A DNA stretch of 56,303 nt. Origin: a virus. Its lineage: Duplodnaviria > Caudoviricetes. The stretch spans positions 1-56,303 of IMG/VR virus record IMGVR_UViG_3300032216_001772. One strand, written 5' to 3'. Under the pieces are notes generated by a model that saw only the letters and a program-made list of their open reading frames with translations, ran no database searches and had not been told where the DNA came from. The position numbers and the translations under genes are program-made. How positions within the stretch are numbered: the stretch's first letter is position 1; each line of letters opens with the position of its first letter. Shown here piece by piece: positions 12,001 to 21,321 of the stretch.

Positions 12001-15000
12001 AAACTATCAAGTCTTTTTTGATGTTCTACGTCTAAATTATCAATTAATAATTGACTTTGATTAACAAGTGATTGATATCCTATTGCTGCTTGTTGTTCTG
12101 CAGCAACCATTGAGTTCCATTCAGAACTTCCCCAACCAGCTTGACCAGTATTTTTAATAATAGACATGCTTGTTTGTATTTGTGAAGCAGTATCTGAAAT
12201 TAATTTAACATGAACATCCATAGGACTATTAGTAATATCTTTTCCTTCTGAACCAATTAAAGAAACAATTTTTGCATTAACACCGATACCAATTGATTGG
12301 TCTTTTAAAGATTGTCCAAGACTAGTTGCAATTTGTGAAGCATCTACTGCTGTAAGCATTCCTGTCGCAACTGCTGTTGCAAGTTGATTTCCTAATTCAT
12401 TTATAGCTTTTGATTTACCTGCTCCAGAAATTGCATTTTCAAATTCAGATTGCATTTTTTTGCCTGAATCTCCTTGAAAAAATGTATCTCCAAATGTTTG
12501 TGTTTCTGAAGGTTTAAGGCCTGTAAGTTCTGTTTGTCTTTGTCGTTGACGAATTTCTGTTGGACTAACTGTACCAGCTGCTTCTGCATAAGCATTCATT
12601 TTACTTGTAGTAATTGCTGTTGCTTCTGCTGCTTGTTTTGCTGCTTCTCTTGTTGCAATTAACTGATCATACATCATTTTAAGACCAATACCAGCAGCTG
12701 CAAGTCCTGCAACTACTAAGCCTATTGGTCCTGTCATAGCTGCCAAAATTCCTGGAAACATTTGAAAAATAGAAGCAATAGAAGAAATTGCCATAATAGG
12801 TCCAGATAGTTGACCAGCAATATCTCCAACAGGACCACCCATGCCCTGAGTCATCATGGCAGCCATGCCAATGCCCATACCAGCTCCAGCTATTTTATTA
12901 CCAAATTTTGTTCCGCCTTGAATAATTTTTCCTCGCATACCGCCATAAACTTTATTACCTTCAGCATCAATTTCTGGATTTTTTTGACCACCGTTCCACC
13001 AATTACCCATTGTTCCAGGGGCATTTATAGCTGTATTTCCAATATTAATTGCTGCTTCTTTTGTTCTAAGAGCAACACTCTTAATAGAATCTGAAAGCTT
13101 TGTTGCTGCATTAACAGAAAAATCTTTAACAGCAATTGCAGCAGAATCGAGTCCTGCCTTTGTTTTTTGAGCTGCAGTAGTAAGTGCTTCAAGAGGTATC
13201 TTAGATCCAGCCAACATCTTTGTTGCATCTCTAAGTTTTACTTCTGTGGCTGTTAGAATTTTCATCCCGCCCATTTGCGACATTTGTGCTTCAATAACGC
13301 TTCTTGTCATTTTGGCAGAACGTTGAGAAATGAAGTCTCTCATGCCTACAGTTGCAACTGGGGGCATTTGAGGAACACGACCAAATGCAGGATTAGTGTT
13401 TACATTTCTATCTGCTATTGCTTTGCCAACTGTTTTTGCTTTTGCAATACCTTCTTTTGCACCTTCTGTAAATCCTTCAGAGTGAGCAGCACCAACCTTC
13501 TTTGGCACTTTAGCTGGAGAGGCAACGCCCCCCTCTTCTACTGCACCTTCAACAAATGCATCTTTTTGTTCTTTAATAGCTTTTGCACCAGCAGCTTTTG
13601 CCTTTTTAGTCGAGACATTAGAGTTTACTTCAGGAGCTTCTATTACTTGGCCAACTCTTAATTTTTCACGATTTCTAAGTTTTCTTGCAAGTTCTTGTTC
13701 TTCTGGAGTATTTCTTGCGCTTACCTTTGGCTCAGTATAGGTTGTTCTCTTAGAGCTGTCTGTTAAGTGTGCGAAAGAAACGTCTCCTCTTTGAGTAAGT
13801 CCTCTCCTAGCATATTCAAGGGCTGTTGCACGTTTAATTGGGTCTTTTTTATTAGCACTTCTTTCATTAGCATCTCGGGTTACTATAGTCTCTCCCTTTT
13901 TGTTTTTACCCATCTCAACACGTCTAACACCAACATCTGTCAAATCTTGTTCTGTTGCTGCAACAAGTTTTCTTGTAGCAACTCTAAGGGCTGTTGCATT
14001 TTCTGCTGTAACCCTTCCTTCTGCCTCTAGTTTATCAATGTGAGCAATAATTTTTGGATATGTCTTTTGACCAACCTGAGCAACATCTGTTACATCATCA
14101 GTTATTCCTGTTCTATAAATAGTCAAAAGCTCATCTGTAACATCTCCAAGTTCTTGACTAAAAGCCTCATAATTTCTCTGACTTACTGAAACTTCACGCT
14201 CAAACATTACTCCTGACTTTAAGACACCTGCCCAAGCAGCCTTTGCCTCTTCTGAAGTTTTAAGCCAATCTAGATCGATTCCTGGCCCAGTTGCTGTATT
14301 TCCTGGACCCATCATTGCTAATGGTGAATAAGCTCTTTGTTCAAATTCACCACCAGTTACTCTACCAGTAGTTGGTCCAACACGACCACCCTTGACAAAA
14401 CCAGGAATGTTTCCAGCAATAAGACCCTCAACAAGTTTAGGATTTTCCCTAACTGCTTTAGCAGGAATAACGGCTTCTCCACTAGAAAGCATAGCTGGAA
14501 TAGAGTCGGAAGTACCTGTACCTGGCCCTTTAACAATTCCACCACTAGCATATGGTGTTGCCTCTAAATCAAATCCTGGAGTTCCAACCAACCAATTGGT
14601 CATTTCTCCATATCTTTTATTATTAAAACCAACGTAGCCTTCTTTAATTAGTGATTGAATTAAATCACTGTTCCAAGGCACATCATTAAGAGATCTTCCA
14701 GCCTCTTCAAAAATTCCTTTAAATTCTGGATGTTTTTTAACAAAATTTGACAAACTTGCTTGTGTTAAATATCCCTTGCTATTTTTAATTCTTTGTTGTG
14801 CTTCTTTAGATAACCTAATTTTATGCATAGAGGTTCCAAAAATAGCTGCAGTATCACCCTCAAAATCTAAAGAGTCTGCTGGTGTTGGGGTAAAGTATGT
14901 TCCTGGTCCAGCTGATCGACCCATTCTTGTTTCAACTTTACCAGGGTGCTTTGCTTTTTTAATAAGACTATCAGCTCTATGCCTCATTAATTGTGTTTCT

Positions 15001-17795
15001 AGTAATGCACGTTCTCCTGGAGCAAGATTTTCTGAAGTTAGTTTGTCTACAAATCCTGGATAATCTTTTTCGGTTTTTTCTACAACTTTAATTTTTTCTT
15101 TAAATAAATTTGCATCTGTTTTTTCTCCAAGAGCTTTATATCTTCTGTTTTGATACATCCAACCTCTAAGTTTAGGATCTTTTCGCATTGCTTCTGTCCA
15201 CCTAGATCTTGTACTTTTTTGTATTTCTGCATCTTGTGCTAAAGCAGCCTTAATTTTAGCAATCTGTTCATCTTGCTGTTTTGGGGTCATTTCTAAGAAG
15301 CTTTGTGTACCTGGTAAAAATTGCCCCTTTCCAATTGGTACTGATAACACTTCTCCTTTTTTAACAGCAAACCTAGAATCTTTATCATTAAACAAATCAA
15401 GCATTTTATTTATTGATGATTTATTAGACTTCATTGCTCTAAGTTTTTGCATTTGAGCAAGAGCATATTTTTGTTTGCGACGCATATCAAAAAGACCCAA
15501 GTCTTGAAAATAAGATTTTCCAACCATTTGATTCATGCTTGGATTATAAAAACCATCTCTACCCTGAGCCATAGATCCTCTACCCATAGCACCAAAAATT
15601 CCACCAAACGCATATTTAGGAACAGATACTATTCCACCAGTAGCATACCCTGGAAGATTACCAGAAATAAGAGACTGTACAAGTCCTCTATTTGCAGCAA
15701 CATGTTTTGCTGGAATAACCGCTTCACCATTTGAAAGCATCGCAGGTATTGAATCGGAAGTGGCTGTACCTTCTCCAAAAACAATTCCACCATCTGCTTT
15801 TTTAACTGATGCTTTTCTCTTGCCACCTACACCCCCTGAAGCAGACATAAATCTATTTTGAGCAACAACTGCTGCCTGGTATTGAGCAATAAGTTGACCA
15901 ACCGCAGATGATTCAGAAGTAAAAGTTTGTATTAGTTTATTGTGTGCTTGATCAAGAGATGCTGCTACTGTAGCTGCTTGTAATTGCTCTTGACTCATAT
16001 AGCTAAGTTGTTCACCAAGAACTTTTGAACTTCCCCCAGCTTTAAGGAACATGTTCCTAAGTCCCATAAACATTTTAATAATATTTGCAGCACCGTTAGA
16101 AATTAAACCAAATGCCATAAGAAGTATTGGGCCTAATCCAGCAATAGCAATTGTTAAAACTACACCAATATTTTTAGCTTGATCATTCCAACTATTAAAC
16201 CAATCAAGAACTTTTTTACCCCACTCAATAATTGGAGTTATTGCTTTTAAGAATGCTTCACCAACTGGTGCAAGAGAAGCCTTAAAGTCTTCTATTGATT
16301 TTTCAAATTTATATAGTGGTGAATCAGAAACTCTTTTAAGTTCTCGTTCAGATATAATGGCAAGTTCTGTTGCTGATTTAGCAGACAATTCAAGAACACG
16401 ACTTGCTTGTGTTCCATCTTTAGTAACGTTTTGAAACAAAGTTGACATACGAGCAAATTGAAATTTACCAAACATTTGTTCAATTGCTTGTGCTCTATTT
16501 GTTGGATCTAGACTGTTAAGTGCAGCACCTAGATCAATAACCATTTGTTTTACATTGCCTTTGTCCTTGTCCATAATACCCTGGAGATTAATACCAAAAC
16601 TTTGAAGCATTGCTGTTGCTTGTGTTGTTGGGTTAATCATTGAGGCAAGACCAGACTTAAGGGCGTTAGCACCTTCAGAAGCATTAATTCCGCCCTCACG
16701 CATGGCAGTAAGGAAGAACGCCAAATCTTTAACGTTTCCACCAAGCTGTTGAATAACAGGAGCAGCAGTTGGGATAGCAGTAGTTAAATCTTCAATTGAT
16801 GTAATTGTTTGGTTTTCAACTGAGTTAAGGAAGTCAATATTATTAGCCAAATCTTTTGTTGCAATACCAAAGGTACTTGTAAGAGAAGTGGTTGTTTCAA
16901 GTGCTTTTTGTTGATCAACTCCACCAAGAGCAGAAAGCCTACTTGCTTGAGTTACTTGAGCTGTAAGGTCTGCCCCTGTTTTACCCATTGCAGCTGCATC
17001 TGCAGCAAGTTTCATTGTGTTTGCAACAGAAATACCATATTGTGTAAATTCTCTTGCTAAAGTTTTTAGGTTATTTGCCATTGCATCTGTTTCGGCAGTT
17101 GATGTCATAGCATCGCCATAAACACGTTTAAATTTAACTACTTGCTCTTCAATGTTTTTAAACTCTCTAGCAGCAGCTGCACCCATAATTGTAAGGGGTA
17201 CTGTAAAACCAACCATAAGCTGACGACCAGCCCACTGAGTATTTTTACCAAAATTCAAAAGGTTGGTAGAACCTTGACTCATTAATTGATTGAATATTTG
17301 TTGTTTTTGGGCAGCCATAGCTGTTTTAGTTCCCAAATCATTCATATCAAGAGTTAAGGGCCTGATAGCAATGGACCTCATGGCTCCATTAGCATCACGC
17401 CCTAGTTTAATATATTGAGTTTGTAAATCTTTTACACGTTCTCTGGCAACCTTATCAATTGTATTAAACTCTGAAGAAAATAATCTTCCAAAAGTTTTTG
17501 TAGATGCCCCTGCATAACGAAAATATTCTCCCATTGAGAATTTATTTTTCTCCAGGGAGTTTGTAAAAGATTCTGTAGCACTTGAGATTGTTCTCATGCT
17601 GGCAGAGAAATTGCCAGTAGCATTTACTGAATTGACAAGACCTTGCTGTAGTTGTGCAGAGGATGCAGCAGCAGTTGCTCCTCCTTTTGCCATTTGCTGG
17701 TGAAAAGTAGATATCTCCGCTTGGAGTCTCTTGATAGAAGCAAGAGCACTTGACGTATCAATATTTACATTAATATTGGATTCAACATCAGCCAT
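9039..17795 (-). CDS. Tape measure protein (TP901-type core) with accessory domains
   Basis: 2918 aa, Ala/Gly/Gln-rich helical protein with hydrophobic segments; follows the tail chaperones; three GTxTSDSIPAML.xGE motifs and a C-terminal CW_7-like repeat. Confidence 0.95.
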   Translation of the reverse strand: MADVESNINVNIDTSSALASIKRLQAEISTFHQQMAKGGATAAASSAQLQQGLVNSVNATGNFSASMRTISSATESFTNSLEKNKFSMGEYFRYAGASTKTFGRLFSSEFNTIDKVARERVKDLQTQYIKLGRDANGAMRSIAIRPLTLDMNDLGTKTAMAAQKQQIFNQLMSQGSTNLLNFGKNTQWAGRQLMVGFTVPLTIMGAAAAREFKNIEEQVVKFKRVYGDAMTSTAETDAMANNLKTLAREFTQYGISVANTMKLAADAAAMGKTGADLTAQVTQASRLSALGGVDQQKALETTTSLTSTFGIATKDLANNIDFLNSVENQTITSIEDLTTAIPTAAPVIQQLGGNVKDLAFFLTAMREGGINASEGANALKSGLASMINPTTQATAMLQSFGINLQGIMDKDKGNVKQMVIDLGAALNSLDPTNRAQAIEQMFGKFQFARMSTLFQNVTKDGTQASRVLELSAKSATELAIISERELKRVSDSPLYKFEKSIEDFKASLAPVGEAFLKAITPIIEWGKKVLDWFNSWNDQAKNIGVVLTIAIAGLGPILLMAFGLISNGAANIIKMFMGLRNMFLKAGGSSKVLGEQLSYMSQEQLQAATVAASLDQAHNKLIQTFTSESSAVGQLIAQYQAAVVAQNRFMSASGGVGGKRKASVKKADGGIVFGEGTATSDSIPAMLSNGEAVIPAKHVAANRGLVQSLISGNLPGYATGGIVSVPKYAFGGIFGAMGRGSMAQGRDGFYNPSMNQMVGKSYFQDLGLFDMRRKQKYALAQMQKLRAMKSNKSSINKMLDLFNDKDSRFAVKKGEVLSVPIGKGQFLPGTQSFLEMTPKQQDEQIAKIKAALAQDAEIQKSTRSRWTEAMRKDPKLRGWMYQNRRYKALGEKTDANLFKEKIKVVEKTEKDYPGFVDKLTSENLAPGERALLETQLMRHRADSLIKKAKHPGKVETRMGRSAGPGTYFTPTPADSLDFEGDTAAIFGTSMHKIRLSKEAQQRIKNSKGYLTQASLSNFVKKHPEFKGIFEEAGRSLNDVPWNSDLIQSLIKEGYVGFNNKRYGEMTNWLVGTPGFDLEATPYASGGIVKGPGTGTSDSIPAMLSSGEAVIPAKAVRENPKLVEGLIAGNIPGFVKGGRVGPTTGRVTGGEFEQRAYSPLAMMGPGNTATGPGIDLDWLKTSEEAKAAWAGVLKSGVMFEREVSVSQRNYEAFSQELGDVTDELLTIYRTGITDDVTDVAQVGQKTYPKIIAHIDKLEAEGRVTAENATALRVATRKLVAATEQDLTDVGVRRVEMGKNKKGETIVTRDANERSANKKDPIKRATALEYARRGLTQRGDVSFAHLTDSSKRTTYTEPKVSARNTPEEQELARKLRNREKLRVGQVIEAPEVNSNVSTKKAKAAGAKAIKEQKDAFVEGAVEEGGVASPAKVPKKVGAAHSEGFTEGAKEGIAKAKTVGKAIADRNVNTNPAFGRVPQMPPVATVGMRDFISQRSAKMTRSVIEAQMSQMGGMKILTATEVKLRDATKMLAGSKIPLEALTTAAQKTKAGLDSAAIAVKDFSVNAATKLSDSIKSVALRTKEAAINIGNTAINAPGTMGNWWNGGQKNPEIDAEGNKVYGGMRGKIIQGGTKFGNKIAGAGMGIGMAAMMTQGMGGPVGDIAGQLSGPIMAISSIASIFQMFPGILAAMTGPIGLVVAGLAAAGIGLKMMYDQLIATREAAKQAAEATAITTSKMNAYAEAAGTVSPTEIRQRQRQTELTGLKPSETQTFGDTFFQGDSGKKMQSEFENAISGAGKSKAINELGNQLATAVATGMLTAVDASQIATSLGQSLKDQSIGIGVNAKIVSLIGSEGKDITNSPMDVHVKLISDTASQIQTSMSIIKNTGQAGWGSSEWNSMVAAEQQAAIGYQSLVNQSQLLIDNLDVEHQKRLDSLQAVEDLAGIEAENATYQNQRTTALQANNKAIQDQVDSMKQLNIQNQNAIVAASRDALKTQFTGTQNEGAAKNVQEKLNATRVIYRDGYGKELTAEQANKPGQNATPDTVQALSNATQLTLSTNIQAGNIDVVQFEKLTKFMDPGGDGNQATYDAIANITSTLGGPAAGELTQLLGNFGPGQEKVVRTLALEVQADPSKLDTYTKLVTNSKNGEGAALIGRSKETDKSGKATSAAKKAQAQIDKATKAYKAIDNMAAKGPITMEIVAKTAGFEDAKFDANWFNGLPAEAKKFALQYFVSVSASVTDDQLTAWMKSHKIATNTSTGSGRLGNARTTGYTHSLMQQYVGQYAADQTQQITNSLNASGAFGGGDGGNYDSSGGGGGGSQQEAPRTITDVIADQQKRITAINDQTTAVRKLVAAGLSLADAYAIASNAEDAALIANGANAAQLAELTAKTREAEKATKDLAAATNAASAALDIKEKNDLAAKLAADNTLTDIQKRFLLENADAARLYMNPTFDQATLNKALLDAQNASTYEFNIKKVTIPGLQDIWKKGLDNAMQAFSAQQNAIEIKFKVQSNPFKDIVEAGKRAIEDIQNKPGGLDDLDADLQRISNKEFEINKAYDEKIKALDEVSKINDRIIAQQKSQIGLAEALTQGDIAAAAKAAQDMRSQDATSSLADQKNLLDQGRKSEIDSLTGTSGLTRDQIEEKIRDLKAQVLEIEEQRIEPAQRQMELLDRMQQDQIDALTVLGKTKDEWDAINTSLELANTKTKEFQDAMREALSIATTLGNALATGVVPAVGSMPTPAPAPAPAPVADYHTEEYRNNMAMRVRQGEFGNGAARVTALGADYQWIQDRVNDMIYHWHGYSNGGIVSYMNNGGMIKNYLAKGGFPNMPKKGTDTIPAMLTAGEFVMSKPAVDSYGASNLARINNGGIGSEAKIINNSSDPVYNYNISVTAGAGSSPNDIAQTVVKQIRDIDYQRVKGNRF

Positions 17796-17814
17796 CCACC
17801 AGCACCTCTATAAC

Positions 17815-18126
17815 CTAACCCATGAGGTTTGTATCTGACAACTTAACGCCAGATGCCTCTTCTACAATCTTGTAGACTGTAGGTAGATCAAGGTTTTCCT
17901 CCAAAGCTGCAGCATCATCTGCTAGTTCAGGCTTGTACTGTTTCATGGCAATCTGCACACATTCCATAAGAATGCTCATTGATTTGTCATTGTCGTCAGC
18001 CACATCTGCAATTGTCTGAAACTTCTTCATAAATGGTCTAAGAAGAGAAATTTTCAGGGGTCTAACAGAAAGGGTGGTTCCATCGATAAGAGTAATCACC
18101 TTATCTTCGTTTACGGTTGTAGACAT
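17815..18126 (-). CDS. Tail assembly chaperone (short paralog)
   Basis: 103 aa just upstream of tape measure; AAGGAGG RBS; aligns with the N-terminal half of 18165-18842. Confidence 0.75.
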   Translation of the reverse strand: MSTTVNEDKVITLIDGTTLSVRPLKISLLRPFMKKFQTIADVADDNDKSMSILMECVQIAMKQYKPELADDAAALEENLDLPTVYKIVEEASGVKLSDTNLMG

Positions 18127-18164
18127 TAGTCCTCCTTGTTTGTCTTACTCAATTGTATCATAGA

Positions 18165-18842
18165 CTACTCCCATTTTTCATAGGATAATCCTTGACCAAT
18201 ACCAAATCCTGCCATATCTGCATTTATACCTTGTAGTGCCATAACATCATTTGGATCATTAGTAGCTCCACCACTAAATACTTTTGTTTTTAATTTTTCC
18301 CATGCATCTTGTTGACCAGATTCTGCATCAAGATCTACACCTTGGATAGCTGCAAAAAATTTCTTTTCTTTATAATCTAGTTCTCTTTTTGAGGTTAATG
18401 TAAGTGTTACTTCTGGCAACGAAAGAGAAGACTCAAGTTCATCATAATCTTTCCAATTCCCCAGCAAAAATAACTCACCTTCAATTTCTGCCAAATCAAA
18501 CTCTGACCAAGACGATCCTTTTTCTGCTTGTTCTTTTACTGGCTCTTCAGATTCAGCATTAAGTTTAATATTAGCTGCAAATTCAATAATTTTATAGATC
18601 ATTGATATATCACAAACATCTTCTACAAGTTCTTTAGTTGCAATTTCTGGTCTAAATTGTTTCATACATATGGCTACGCATACAGCAAGATTTTCAATTG
18701 CCTCTTCATCACTAGTTGCCTTTTTTACGTTATCAAACTCAATCATAAATTCTCTTAAAAATTTAAGTTTAAGTGGAGAAACAGTAATCACATGCTCATC
18801 AAGTAATTCTATTTCACAAGTGTCGTATACTTTTGTAGCCAT
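18165..18842 (-). CDS. Tail assembly chaperone (long paralog)
   Basis: 225 aa between major tail protein and tape measure; apparently leaderless (TGCTATACT-N6-ATG). Confidence 0.75.
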   Translation of the reverse strand: MATKVYDTCEIELLDEHVITVSPLKLKFLREFMIEFDNVKKATSDEEAIENLAVCVAICMKQFRPEIATKELVEDVCDISMIYKIIEFAANIKLNAESEEPVKEQAEKGSSWSEFDLAEIEGELFLLGNWKDYDELESSLSLPEVTLTLTSKRELDYKEKKFFAAIQGVDLDAESGQQDAWEKLKTKVFSGGATNDPNDVMALQGINADMAGFGIGQGLSYEKWE

Positions 18843-18856
18843 TCTTTAAGTATAGC

Positions 18857-18885
18857 AAAAAGAAAGGCCCAGGTTTCCCTGGGCC
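18857..18885 (-). terminator. Rho-independent terminator after major tail protein
   Basis: GGCCCAGG-GAAA-CCTGGGCC followed by TTTCTTTTT on the minus strand. Confidence 0.85.
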
Positions 18886-18901
18886 AATCTAATGTATTTA
18901 A

Positions 18902-19585
18902 TTATGAACGTGGTGTTGAGTCTGCACTGTATGTGCGATCAACAATCTTGCCGTATGTTCCTGCGTCATTTGGTAGTAGACGGAAAGATACTTCAAACAT
19001 TGTTGCCTCTTCACGCTTTGCTGCAACTGTTACACTCTCAATTGAGAGAGCACGGTATGCAATGTAGATACGCTCAACCTGTTCTGTTGGAGCACAGTCA
19101 CCTGTACCTGGACCAACAGCAACTAGACCTCGCTCGATTGGACATTCTCCAAGCTCTCCTGCCTTTAGGACAAGAGTCTTTTCTGTTCCAATACCATTTG
19201 TTGTCTTGTTTCCAAGATCAGCTGATGATGCTGCAACTGCAAGAAGAAGATTCTCTAAAGTTGATTCTGCGAAAGAAGTCTTTAGGTTTACTTTCATGCC
19301 TTGCTTGTAAAGTTTTGCTGTGTCAAGAATCTGATCAACTTTAACCTCACCAAAGTCAGGCTGGAATTCAATTGAAAGACCGTTGCTAGTGTAACCTACG
19401 TTACGAAAACCGTCAGTTCCAACATTGTTATTTCCTGCGTTTGCACCAATTGACAAAGCTGAAACGTAAGAGTTTGCACTAATTGCTGTGGGTAGATCTG
19501 CATCTGTTAGGAGTCCCTCTTCAAATGTGAAAAGAGACGCTGCACCAACGATAATGTTGTTGCTTGTTCCTTTTGAATATGCCAT
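18902..19585 (-). CDS. Major tail protein
   Basis: 227 aa, NIIVGAA..VGYTSNGL..FQPDFGEVKVDQ..FEVSFRLLP; upstream of chaperones and followed by a terminator. Confidence 0.88.
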   Translation of the reverse strand: MAYSKGTSNNIIVGAASLFTFEEGLLTDADLPTAISANSYVSALSIGANAGNNNVGTDGFRNVGYTSNGLSIEFQPDFGEVKVDQILDTAKLYKQGMKVNLKTSFAESTLENLLLAVAASSADLGNKTTNGIGTEKTLVLKAGELGECPIERGLVAVGPGTGDCAPTEQVERIYIAYRALSIESVTVAAKREEATMFEVSFRLLPNDAGTYGKIVDRTYSADSTPRS

Positions 19586-19649
19586 ATTTATTTCACCTCA
19601 TTTTTCTGTAAAATTTGGGGCGTTTCCTCATTTTAAGTTTATCATTCAT

Positions 19650-20195
19650 TTATGAATAATCTTTTGTGTGGTAACAATAGTCAATAATTATTTTATTACC
19701 AGCATACGTTCTGGCTGTTCCAAAATCAATAATATCTCTTGTTTCTTGTAACTGAAAAACTTTTAGATAGTGAAAATATACTGGCTTAAACTCTCTTGCT
19801 AAAGAACCAGATCCAAAAGTAACAAGTCCATTAACAATTTTAGATTGAAGCCATTCGTTTAACTCTTGTCCTGACTCATCTCCACGATCAAGTAAGTCTG
19901 CAACAATTTGAGTAGTCTCAATAAGAGCTTCTGGATCACTATTTGTTTTATAGAAATAATAAATAACTTGTTCTCTTTTAATATGTGGAAAAGGACCTGG
20001 ACGCATTTTAAGCATTCTGTCATATACAGCAAAAACATCATTTGATGCTTCTGGAAAGCCTTCTGTTAAAGAGTTGATATCTGTTGGCAATGTTGGAAAA
20101 AATCTCATTGCACCAGCAAATCTATTTGGAATTTTATCTGTAACTTTTTCTGCTAAGTATTCATTAATAAATACTGGTGGATATGATATAGCCAT
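19650..20195 (-). CDS. Tail terminator/completion-like protein
   Basis: 181 aa immediately upstream of major tail protein (synteny). Confidence 0.6.
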   Translation of the reverse strand: MAISYPPVFINEYLAEKVTDKIPNRFAGAMRFFPTLPTDINSLTEGFPEASNDVFAVYDRMLKMRPGPFPHIKREQVIYYFYKTNSDPEALIETTQIVADLLDRGDESGQELNEWLQSKIVNGLVTFGSGSLAREFKPVYFHYLKVFQLQETRDIIDFGTARTYAGNKIIIDYCYHTKDYS

Positions 20196-20872
20196 TATTT
20201 AATACCTCCTGAAATCCATCTAAGTCCAACTTGATATCCTAAAGATCTACCACCAGATTTTGATGACGAAAAATTTTGTTTAAACTCCATTGCATTTTCA
20301 AAGTGTTGCCTTAATCCGCTTACATCCATCAATGATTGAGAAACGTACTGAGTAAAAAATTGAGTAAATACATTTTTTAATCCTCCTTGAGCTGAAGCTC
20401 CTCCAGGTTCATTTATTGTAATTGGTTTAGATGTAAATATTGATTCACCATCAACATCAAATTTTAGTGCCTGTCTATTTACAGGTTTAATTGTTACTGG
20501 AATACCTTCTTCCATTATTCTTGCTTTATCATAAAATGGAACACTAGATCCTTGTTTAACTGATGTAGATTGTCCAAGAGTGAAACCAAAAGACAATCCT
20601 CTTGTAGACGGAGTATAAATAATATCAAATAATCTAGCATCAGAACTGCCTGACTGATACCACTCATAAACGTGTGATAATGATGCTGGATCTATTTTTG
20701 CATTTGAATCAATAAAGTTTTCAAGAATTTCTTTAATAATAATTCCCAAATTTTTAAGTAATAATGGCTTTCCAGATTTTGCTCCATCTAAAAATCCAAT
20801 CATATAGTCTGTAATATTTTTCATATCTTTTGTAAATTGAGAATCGTCCATAGTTACGGATATAAGACTCAT
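20195..20872 (-). CDS. Head-tail joining/tail completion protein
   Basis: 225 aa in the neck cluster, overlapping start/stop with both neighbours. Confidence 0.6.
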   Translation of the reverse strand: MSLISVTMDDSQFTKDMKNITDYMIGFLDGAKSGKPLLLKNLGIIIKEILENFIDSNAKIDPASLSHVYEWYQSGSSDARLFDIIYTPSTRGLSFGFTLGQSTSVKQGSSVPFYDKARIMEEGIPVTIKPVNRQALKFDVDGESIFTSKPITINEPGGASAQGGLKNVFTQFFTQYVSQSLMDVSGLRQHFENAMEFKQNFSSSKSGGRSLGYQVGLRWISGGIK

Positions 20873-21321
20873 ACGTCTACTCCCTGGTTTTCAGATCTTC
20901 TTATAACAACCTTATAATATTCTATTTTTCCAAAAGGTCCAACAATTGGATCATTTGTTGCAATTTCAAAGATAGTGGATTTTCCTGCTCTAGGACCAGC
21001 TGTTTCAACGTAAACAGGAGTTCCAGAAGTATCTCTAATATTTGTAATGATTATGTTTGTAATTGCACTAGCTGCAGCACGACTAGAAATACGAATGTCA
21101 GACCTTGTTCTACCAACAAGAGAAGAGTTTTGAGTAATTTGTACATTTGGCTTTACTTCTTGCATATATTTACGACCTGCAGGTCCAAAAAAACATGCTA
21201 ATGTTGCATCAAGCATCCATACTTTTGAAACGTTTCCATAAGCACCTTGCTCTACAGATGGATAGTAAATATCTGCAAGCAATGGGTAAAAAACATTAGT
21301 AGTCTCACAAACAATTTCCAT
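20869..21321 (-). CDS. Head closure (stopper)-like protein
   Basis: 150 aa, beta-rich, second gene after the capsid gene. Confidence 0.6.
   Translation of the reverse strand: MEIVCETTNVFYPLLADIYYPSVEQGAYGNVSKVWMLDATLACFFGPAGRKYMQEVKPNVQITQNSSLVGRTRSDIRISSRAAASAITNIIITNIRDTSGTPVYVETAGPRAGKSTIFEIATNDPIVGPFGKIEYYKVVIRRSENQGVDV

Noticed and set aside
17815-18842. Programmed -1 frameshift between the tail chaperones
   Set aside because: The genes are separated by stops, a promoter and an RBS, and the short gene duplicates rather than extends the long one
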